Shown: positions 55,121-64,000 of the stretch, in pieces
Position numbering within the stretch: position 1 is the stretch's first letter
Layout: every line of letters starts with the position of its first letter
Assembly (NCBI GenBank): GCA_001949185.1
Contig: BDGG01000001.1
Location: forward strand, 9,244,464-9,308,463
Direction: 5' to 3'
Length of the DNA: 64,000 nucleotides
DNA from: Ramazzottius varieornatus
Taxonomy: Eukaryota > Animalia > Tardigrada
Position numbers and translations under genes: made by a program
The notes under the pieces: generated by a model
Seen by the model: the letters and a program-made list of their open reading frames with translations, nothing else
The model's database searches: none
Told to the model about the DNA's origin: nothing

Positions 55121-56767
55121 ATGCTGCCGCTACAAACTCCAGCTAGCAAAACGATGGAGAAAGGTTGGAGAGGGCCGGACGATAGGATGGACGACGACGC
55201 ACAACTGCTGCCACAACCGAAGCCATCAAACTCGCGCAACTTGACCGGAAGTCATCGCTACACATGGAAGTTTATCGCCTTCTTCCTGCTGACGGCCAGT
55301 CTTTTCTACCTCTTCATTTCCCAGTCCACCAGCGGGACTACCTTTGATATTTACCGTCGATCCCAGCGTTGGTCAGCAGCGTCATGCACTACGGACGCTG
55401 CTTTCGACAGACCACCCGGTCTGATGCCGGACACGAAAATTATCCTCTTCTGGACAAGGTTCTTCAGTGACTGGGATGTCCCCTATTTACACGACAAAAT
55501 GGCCGCCTGTTTCGAGCAGAAATGCTTGCTAACCGATGACCGACGCTACTTACAGGCAGGTACCCAACTATTTCCCCACAAATAATGGCGAGCGTTCAAG
55601 AAACTCAAATTCAACCGATCGTCTTCTCATAATTCCTTATTGTGCGCGACGTCACAGCAGCCAAAGCTGCAACGACGTCACTGCATACCAGCCTGAGCCG
55701 GAAGTTTGATGACTGATGCGACTAGCTGACTAGCTTTTGTACTTACAGGCTAGTTCAGCCATTGTTTTCCACGTTCGGGACGACCTCAACTTGGCGGACC
55801 TCCCTAGATGTCGTTCTCCCAAACAACTCTACGTCTTTTTCCTTCTGGAAGCTGTCCCGTATACGAACAGAGACCTGAAGTTGTGGGCGGGCTTTTTCAA
55901 CCTCACTTGGACGTACCGTCGAGATTCAGTAAGGAAGAAAGTCACTTCTTACGAGCCAGTCTGTATAATATATCGAACGTTGCTTTTGTTCAAAGGATGT
56001 CTTCAACTCGTTCTACATGGAGAAATACCATGCGGCGTTATGGAGCAATGTATCAGCAGCCACCCAAGCGTTGAAGGCAAAGAAGAATCGTGCCCTCGTC
56101 TTCTCCAGCCACTGTCCGACGTCCAGCCGGCGCGAAGAGTACATTGCCGAGTTGCAGCGTTACTTCCCCGTCGATATAGTCGGCTCGTGTGGACCAGGTC
56201 GTGTCGATTGCCCCAAGCATGACACAACGTGCGATCGAAGACTGATTCCTACGTACAAGTTCTACCTGGCCTTCGAGAACAGGTACTGGCATCCTGCTTC
56301 TTCATACCTTCCTTTCGTCCAACCTCCGTTTTTCTTTCTCTAGTTATTGTGACGATTACGTGACGGAGAAAGTGATGAGAGCGCTGAATTTCGAAAGTCT
56401 TCCCGTGGTATACGGCGCAGCCAACTACTCGCACTTCATGCCACCCCATTCATTCATCAACACTGCCAGCTTTCCTTCCCCGAAAGATTTAGCAGCTTAC
56501 CTGTGGAACTTGACCCGAAACCCGTTGGAGTATGCCCAGTACTTTCAATGGAAGTTGAACGCCAACTACACTCGCGTAAGGGACAAGTTGGCTCAACCGG
56601 AAGTGGCTTCCACCTGTGGCCTCTGCCGTCTTCTGCATGACAAGTTTTTTAGAGGGAAACGCTACGACGACCTACACGGATGGTGGGTGGAAAAGGGCAA
56701 TTGCTCCCTACCGACATGGTTCCACCCCCAGCGAAAGCCAAGATCGCAGTTTACCATGCTAACCTAG
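55121..56767 (+). CDS. Alpha-1,3-fucosyltransferase (GT10), type II membrane protein
   Basis: TM segment FIAFFLLTASLFYLFI; IILFWTRFF; CLLTDDR; AIVFH; FNLTWTYRRDS; GT10 motif YKFYLAFEN|SYCDDYVTEK...PVVYG; PPHSFI. Confidence 0.95.
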
Positions 56768-57288
56768 ACTATTTCATTTGAATCTTCACCAATTTGTTCT
56801 GCTTTTGACCCAAATGAAGCTTATCAGGATTGAAGGCTCACAGTATTTTTCCCCAGTGCCGAATCAAGTAATTGTTGACTAATACTAAAATTCTTCTGAC
56901 TTTTTGTTCAGTGTACATGTTTTTTATTTTGTTTTTATGATGGTTTGTCACGCATGACGGAATAGCTTTGATATTCGACTCTGATTCGCATGTCTTTCCG
57001 GAGCCACTAAGCTGGCTCCTTTGCTGAAAACTAGATCGATGTTGGGTATGCATGGGAAATGGTTGTTCGCGCGCACTCTAGTACTAGGAGATGGGAGTCT
57101 GTAACGAATAGACCGGCGTAAAGTTCTGAGGAACTTCACCAGTAAGGACGGATACTTCGTACTGTATTACCTCTAAGGTTTCGCGCAGTCACGTGACAGG
57201 CCAGTAAACATTGCGTGGCGGGGATAAAAAACTTCACTGCCAGCAATCAAAAATTCTTCGCCAATCAAGCGCAGCAATGTGCCACAAT

Positions 57289-57468
57289 TAGTGCTGGCAA
57301 CGATACGGTATACCGATATCGTATCGAATCAAATCGAATCTTTGCGCTAAAATATGCGGCAGATATCGTATCGAAAATATCGATATGAAGCTCATATTGA
57401 ACAAAGCAATAAATTATTCGGCGATATCGTATCGCGCCATATCGATATATTATCGATATATCGGTACT
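57289..57468 (+). mobile_element. Probable single terminus of a hAT-like DNA transposon with subterminal ATCG repeats
   Basis: Starts TAGTGCTGG; three copies of GATATCGTATCG plus further ATCGAT palindromes. No matching second end found in the window. Confidence 0.5.
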
Positions 57469-57606
57469 TTGCTGAATGGCAGACTCCCCAGTGATATCTC
57501 GTTTACGGAAGACCATGGTTGATTGAAAATTCGCACAACCATAGCAGGGAGAGCTAGCTACCAAACAAGGAATGAGGGAGCGTTCTTTCCGCCTTCGTCC
57601 AGGTTC

Positions 57607-58470
57607 TCACTCGTCCATTTCCATGTCCGACTGGCTCCGTCGTTTCCGGTTTGATGCTGGAGCTGGTCCATGTGTGTGGTTGGGTTTTCGCTGTCCGTCG
57701 CGAGGGTCTTCTTCGTCGACTTGGGCTCGCCCTCCGAACCTGGTAGTACCGACGGGAGGGTGATCCGCCTGGCTCGGCGGGTCCAGGTTCTGGTGGCTTT
57801 TCGGGGGCCATCCTCCTCCGCAGTTCCGGTGGCAGTATCCCCGTTGTCCGTCACTATCACGTCCACTGCCACGTCCACTGCCACGTCCACTGCCACGTCC
57901 AGCGCCATGGCCGCCCCCATGACCACCACCGCATCCGTCAGAGCGGCCATAAGCACCGCCACGCCCACCGTAGCCCCGACCTCGGTTTCTGTTACAGTGG
58001 TGAGGCGGTTGATTGCCAAGGCGACGGTGGTCGAAGGGCTTGCGCGGCGGGCCGATCGACCCCAAGTTGATCTTCACATCCGGTTGACCCGTACCGACGG
58101 GGCTGTTGGTAACCGCTGATACATGGTAGGAGCTGGCCTGAGAGACGCGAAGGCTGGACGGCTGGATGGCCAGGGCCGATGGATGGAACAGCTGGTTGGG
58201 TCGCTCCAGTGGCTAGTTGGTTCGCTGTCATCCCATGTAGGATCAGCCACTCATCGGCTGTGAATCTCGTTTGAGAGAGAGTTCCCAGCAGTAGCGTACC
58301 CGCTGAGGGACCGAGGGAAAAGCCAAACGGGGATGCTAGCAAGAAACCCATAGGACATCCCGTGGTCAGTCCTGACATCTGATAAGTAGCATAGGCTACA
58401 GTCATTCCTCCGAACATGCTGAAGGGGGAACTCATAATCTGAAAATAGCATTTGGTTACTTCCTATGTCC
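57607..58470 (-). pseudogene. Endogenous viral element: Mononegavirales-like nucleoprotein C-terminal half with RGG-rich tail
   Basis: Intronless. SNQMLFSDYEFPL/(frameshift)FSMFGGMTVAYATYQMSGLTTG...SPFGFSLG parallels paramyxovirus N SIQNKFSAGSYPLLWSYAMG...MGGLNFG...PAYFRLG (recalled). A disordered Gly/Arg tail follows. Confidence 0.55.
57858..57900. repeat. 12-bp tandem repeat (CACGTCCACTGC) encoding (GRGS)n
   Basis: About 3.5 copies, seen directly in the sequence. Confidence 0.9.
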
Positions 58471-58543
58471 GGTCATCTGTCCATTTTTTACGAAGCCGTG
58501 AGTGCAAAGAGCGCGGAAGCGCTCTCAGAGGCATGTAGGCGTG

Positions 58544-59460
58544 TCATACGCTACTGATCGCCAGTGAGGGAGTTTGATGGACAGTTTTTAGGCATGCTTT
58601 GGTGAGAACGGGATGACCTAAGACTTTATGGAAGAACTTTGTGAATAGCAGACAAGCACGCACCTGTGCAGCGGTTGGACAGCGCACCTGACACGAAACT
58701 GATTCAGCTCGAGAACCCGAGTTCGCAGAGGTCGCCTGTAAGGTCTCGACGAGGACCGTCAAAGAGAGGACATATAGTCATAAAATGCGCTATGTTCTCG
58801 ATTCCGACTAAGCAGAGACGGCACTTCCGGTCTTCCTGGTGAACGCGAGTGGTGGATGATCCCCATTGGCTTGTTTCAACTGACAGATTGAACGATGATA
58901 CAAGAACGCGGCACGATATGTCGCCAGTCCAACAGGGAACTTAGAACTGTCGGAAAGCCAACCTGGCAGTTCATCGGAAAGGAAAACTTTCACAAGAAGG
59001 TCGAGCTTTGGTGAGAGAGCAACCATTCCGTGAATGGCTGCAAGGAACTGGTTCTTGGCTAATGCGAAGAACTCCGAGTGGTTAAAGCAGGATATTTTCG
59101 CCATTGAGACCCTTACAGAGTCTAAATCATTTAGCAAGAAGATAGGCTGCAAGAAGCGTTTGTACAGGGTTCCCCGTAACTTACGGTCAGCTAGGATCTG
59201 CTTTAAGGCACAAGTTTCAAGCTCGTCCACCGACGAGCGAGCTGTTGTCATATAGAACTGTACGGTCATCTCGGCAATTTGAAAGCTCAGCGGAAGCAGA
59301 CCCGTTATGTGATACACCCCGTGGTCAGGCGACGTTCGCCTTACTTCCAAAAGGGATTTGAGACAGCGGGGAAAGACCTGATTCATATTAGTAAAGACCT
59401 ACTTGACCCGCGAGCTCCTGACGTCACAGTTGGTGCCCTATTTGAAAATGACAATCCCAT
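58544..59460 (-). pseudogene. Endogenous viral element: Mononegavirales-like L polymerase N-terminal region, 3' part
   Basis: One continuous frame with internal stops. LETCALKQILADRKLRG (59221-59171) and FHKVLGHPVL (GHP at 58618-58610) resemble L-protein LEP...LRG and filovirus QKHWGHPVL. Confidence 0.55.
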
Positions 59461-59462
59461 TA

Positions 59463-61153
59463 CTGTGTTTCCTCAAGAGTTCTACGCAGCACGTGATGTC
59501 TTCCGTAAATTACACCCGGGTTGAGACCACACACCTACACATACAAAACCGACAATCAGACTACATGGATCAGGACTAAAATCACTCTTCCTCCCAATCT
59601 TCGCTCTCTACCGAGCTGAAGCTACATTCAAATGCACAATCCAGATCATTCAAGTCTTTAACCAGGTCTTCCTGGCTTGCTAACATATATAACGGCTCAG
59701 GCATAATTTGAGCAGCCACAAAAGAATTTCCTACTGTTGTCACTTTACTTTCTCCCAAGCTTCCGAGACAAAATCGATGAAATCCTGACGGCCTAGTTTC
59801 TTTAAATATCCTTTTTTGGTCACTTCAGTGCGCTGGTCACGCTACGTATGATACGATCGTCGCATATAACACTTGAATGGAGGGTTCGCACCAACATCAA
59901 GCGGTCGATAAGTTCCGGTGAGTCCGGCAGGAATCAACACTTGCTCGATTCTCATTTCTTCAAAAAGGAAATGACTTTCCACCTTGCAGTGTGCAGGTGT
60001 CCGGTCTCGAATCACACAGCCGCCGGCACAACATTCATCGAAGGTTTCTTTGATCCAGTGAAAGTCAAACGAAGCATTCCACCACCTTGAGTTGGTACTG
60101 TAAATGCGGACGTTTTCAGGCACGACGAGTTTCTTTAAAATTCTGCTGGACAACTTTCCAGTTCTCGCGTTACTCTTGAACACGATGGAGGCTGGAACTT
60201 TCGTCCCATCGGCAGATATAGTGTGGCATACAGTAATGGATTCTGGATCACCAGGAGGTTGGACCACCCGAACTTCTTTCGCACCTTTGGGAGAAAGCGT
60301 CTTCTTGTACACGTTCTGAAGCCTGACAGAAGTTTGATCCATGTTAATTATTTTGAAAGGTGGTGTTCTCCTTATTGAAACGACTTCTTCGATTCTCCAA
60401 AGAAACGACTCTTCTGAAATCTGTAATCAAAAAGCGTAGTAATGAAGAACGCCTACTGTATCATAAAGCGGCGTATAACGTCGCGATGTAAACAGGACAT
60501 AAACGTTTCACGAAACGCGGATTAATTTATTATTGTTCACGTCATTGGTTTCGCGCAACAATGTTTTTATCATACCAGAGTCTTCATTTCCTTCGCTACA
60601 AGAAGCCCTATCTTTTGAAGATCGAAGTTTCGCGTCGACAGGCACTTCTCTAGTCGATCCATATATCGACTGTACACCTCTTCTTCGAGCCTTGGATAAA
60701 AAACCTTTCTTCCGGCTTTTTTGATATTTTCGGGCAACTGACCGTTCCTGACAACGGATAATACAACGTACATCATGACTGTCGATCAATTTAACTTGTT
60801 TGAAACTTCAGTATCTTACTTCCATCTTCGAAGCGTAGATTCATGAATGCCGACGGTTTTCGCGTAGCCACGCAGACTTCCTTCCCATCTTTCTAGCGCT
60901 AGCAGATGCCGCTGAGCCTCACCCAATGTGTCATTATCGTGATGGCTCCTATTTTCCATGATGCAGCAGAACAACACGAGACGAACCGATATACGTTACG
61001 CACAAGATTAAAGCGAGTAGAATTAATCAGAATTTTCCACTGTCATGGTTTGTACTGGAAAATCAAACAATCAACGAATCTCGTGTCAAGATATACACGG
61101 GTGATATGTACTGGTCCTATAACGTACTGCGTAGAACTCTTGAGGAAATACAG
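59463..61153 (-). mobile_element. Full-length pogo-superfamily (DD35D) DNA transposon with decayed transposase
   Basis: 32-bp TIRs CTGT(G/A)TTTCCTCAAGAGTTCTACGCAG(C/T)ACGT with 2 mismatches, TA on both sides. HTH SLRGYAKTVGIHESTLRRWK; CENP-B-type GRKVFYPRLEEEV; NMDQT, IRDRTPAH-35-PLDVGANPPFK; acidic tail; several stops and frameshifts. Confidence 0.93.
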
Positions 61154-61155
61154 TA

Positions 61156-61823
61156 AATCTTGTCACGTTTTTACCGATATTTCTCCCGAGTTGCGAAGAT
61201 GGCGGAGCATATCTCAGACCCGTCAACGAACAGCTTAGCGGGATCTAGAGATGGAGACTGGCCCAGCACGTCTGAATCGTCCTACGAGATCCTTCAGCGA
61301 GCTGCTGATCGCGTCGCAAGTTCTGGTAAGAGTCACCAATGCAGTAACAGCTGATGCTCGTCGATTACTATAGCACTTTGTCTCACAACAGGGGCATTGA
61401 ACCTTCCATTGGATCCATTTTGGGACATCGGGAACGCATCCAGTATCGTCCCCAGCGTGCTCGACCGAGGTTTGGATCACCTCGCAGATGCTTCACATGC
61501 ACAGCAGTTAACAGCTGGTGGAATCTCTGGATGGTAATCCATGTTCTTACGTTCCTGACAGTCTCATCTGCAACATCTTGTCCTGTGTTGCAGGCTATCG
61601 GGATTTCTGTTCAACAAGATCGGTCGGCCAGTCTTGTATTTTGCTGGTGGATCCCTCATCATAATTCTGGTACATGTACAGTACTTGAAGGAACTTGTGG
61701 CGTCGTGACCACATGCATGCTCTGCTTGGGCAAACGAACTCGACAAGATAATCTTCCCAAGTGGCGTACGCCCGTGGCCGATGACACTGGGAGCGTGCAC
61801 CACTCGGGAAAACGGTCTTGCAT
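61156..61823 (-). pseudogene. Endogenous viral element: L polymerase N-terminal region, 5' part (heavily frameshifted)
   Basis: MQDRFPEWCTLPV (cf. YPE.HL.SPI), VRTWITIQRFHQLL (cf. WFT.K..MR.LI) and TRTCDAISSSL (cf. LMYCDVIEGRL), in the expected order upstream of the LE/GHP blocks. Confidence 0.4.
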
Positions 61824-62792
61824 AGTTCCTATTCCTTTGCAATAGTCTAGTAATATGCAGTACCTATGTAATATACACTGTAGTTCATGCCAATGTTGCT
61901 TTGCAGTTTATGGAACATCAGGGATACCTGAAGGTGGACTGGCACAAAGTTGGTCACGATGCTGGTGCAGGACGCAAAGTGGTGCAGAAAAAGATCCATG
62001 CTGTTCAGGAACAAATTAGTGCCATCACCACCAATCCTGCTGTAACACCGATCGTGCGCCGTCGTAATGGAAAACCTTGGTTGGATAAGGTCAGGATATA
62101 GTTACCGTGTTCACTTTGTGCGCCAGCAATAACAGTCAACTTGCTCTTGCAGCTAAAAATCTTGGCTGTAAGCAGCCCGTACTTATCCGGCGGATTTCTC
62201 GGCGGAGTTTTGCTCGGCTTAGCTTCTTGAAGGAGGCACGCTGTGCGGAAGGGGAAACTATCGCGGTTCGCAACTGTAATGATGCTGCCCGTTCTTACGG
62301 TAAACGGTCATCGTTGACTGTTGGTGGAAGTCTTCTTTTTTATTGACAATGAAAGTGGACTTTGGTGGTCTTTCAGTCGAAGTACGAGTACATGTCTTAA
62401 CAAATTTGATTGTATTGTGTTTCTAAGTTAGGAGTATTTCTCAGACGTCAGCTTTTGGTTGCGGTTTGTTTTATTTGGGAGCAGTGGAGAAGCTTCGTGG
62501 GACGCGAAGGAATATCTAGACTTTATTTACCGAAGTGATGGTGGATGCGACTGTGTAAAGTGTACAGTACTAACGGATGACCGGTTTGCATTCGAGCCAA
62601 ACATGGTAGACGAACCTAGGTTTGCTCTGGGAATGTTGGATGATTGCTTCGGTTTGTGCGGGATATGAGGATGATATCAGAATAGGGGAGCGTTTTACGC
62701 TACTTTTTGGCCGGTAAGAGAAACCTCCATTTGGTGTCGAGCACGTGACGTCACTGCGGGCCGCGGTAAGCTCAGGTTTAGTGGAAACAAAG

Positions 62793-64000
62793 TTAGGTGG
62801 GCGGAAACTGGTCATGGAGGTGATTTTCTTTGGAAGGTACAGGCCGAAGGAAAGTTTCTTCCGGCTGCGGTGGCGTACCAGCGGGATTGTGCAGTTGAGG
62901 AAAGGCCATACTGTTGTCTGCCGACCGTTCGTCTATCCGCTCTAACAAGGGAGCGGTGGCGCTCGGCGCGATGAAACGCATCTGCAGCATTCCTCCATCT
63001 TCATCCTCGTCGTCGCTTCCCTCTTTCCGTCTGAAAAAAGACGTAACTTTGTCGTGCTGATTTTCTGCGGCTGAGCGGACACGGTATATCGAGAGTACTT
63101 ACTTTTGCAATGAGGTCGCGGCAGTATAAGGGACAACAACATGGAGCGTTTCCGGCTGGATGTTAAACTTGGCCACATCATTATGGCCTTCTTCCGCCAT
63201 GCTGCTGAGGCTAGCCACATGCATCAAGGAGGCTCTCCTCTGTGCTGGATCTCTGCCACCACTTCCGCTAGACTTTCGCTTATTACGTTCGATGGCGGCT
63301 GCTGCCGCAGCCACGGCCATTACTTGCTCCACACCTGCCGGTCGAGCTGGCGCCGAAGCGCGACGGTTGCGACCCATGTTGGCCAAGTTGGTCATCGATG
63401 TTCCAACGCGAGTCAGGAAGGAGCGGACACTGGTCATGCCGCCTTGGGCCACCGTCGCTGTGGGGTTAGAGGGTCGCTGCCTGTTCAACAGCTGCTTCTC
63501 GGCCACTTTGGAGACGCGGATAGTCCGTTGCGACATCTGGAAACCAATGTCGCTTTGCTCATCATCCACCAAGTTTGGATTGTATTTCTGGCGGAACTGC
63601 AAAACAACAGAACGACTAGTACTTGTAATCGAATTCAGAGCGTCCGGCTTGCACGGCGGGATAACAACCACGAAACATCTCATTTTGTATTGTCAAAAGC
63701 TTCGTTGCTTGTTCAGTCTAGTCCAGTTTCTCGTTTTCTGTGCAACGACACGGAAATCGGAAGCCACAGAAGAAATTACCTGGACATGAGGTCCATGTTT
63801 GGCAGCATGGTCCAGCGCTTCCAGCACATTTTCTTCCACGGTATGGCGCCGTCTACCACAGTGGCGCATGCTTCTAAGGCAAGCCAAGCAGGCGTTGGGT
63901 GTCCCTCCAGGCTGTTCAGCCTGCCGGGGCGAGGCGCGCCTGGGGGGCTCCACTGAGATGGAAGACGGCTCCACAGTCACCTGTACATCACGTTGAGCCA
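62793..64000 (-). CDS. 3' exons of an unidentified gene entering from beyond the window; disordered C-terminal tail
   Basis: Three GC-rich exons with GT-AG boundaries (...HGPHVQ|KYNPNLVDD...SLQK|RKERSDDEDEDGG...DQFPPT*); many RRxS/T sites; no domain recognised. Confidence 0.65.

Noticed and set aside
57289-57468. CRISPR-like repeat array
   Set aside because: Repeats are only 12 bp with irregular spacing, in a eukaryotic context; they fit transposon subterminal repeats better.
59438-61174. Reading the pogo insertion site as a 44-nt GT-AG host intron
   Set aside because: Splicing it gives stops in every phase, whereas the unspliced junction stays in the frame of the downstream ORF.

Overview
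Eukaryotic, intron-rich DNA from a compact invertebrate genome. Most introns are GT-AG and about 50-130 nt. The HR4-type receptor and the troponin I sequence point to an ecdysozoan, possibly an early-branching nematode (inference only). The ORF track shows only exon fragments, so genes were rebuilt by reading splice sites. In order, the window holds: an HR4/NR6A nuclear receptor with an ~11 kb gene-free upstream region, a short KDM4 demethylase, glycerol kinase, a divergent SUZ12, an orphan secreted precursor with furin sites and a 6-Cys tail, a collapsed Slo/BK channel relic, SET1, WIPI/ATG18, a single-CUB protein, troponin I, TM9SF2, MYG1, MPP6, an alpha-1,3-fucosyltransferase, and the 3' end of an unidentified gene. 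The most notable item is 57.6-61.8 kb. It looks like an endogenous negative-strand RNA virus (Mononegavirales-like) relic in which an L-polymerase N-terminal fragment runs directly into a nucleoprotein C-terminal fragment. A full-length DD35D pogo transposon splits it and a hAT-like end borders it. All homology calls come from motifs recalled from memory, not from database searches.
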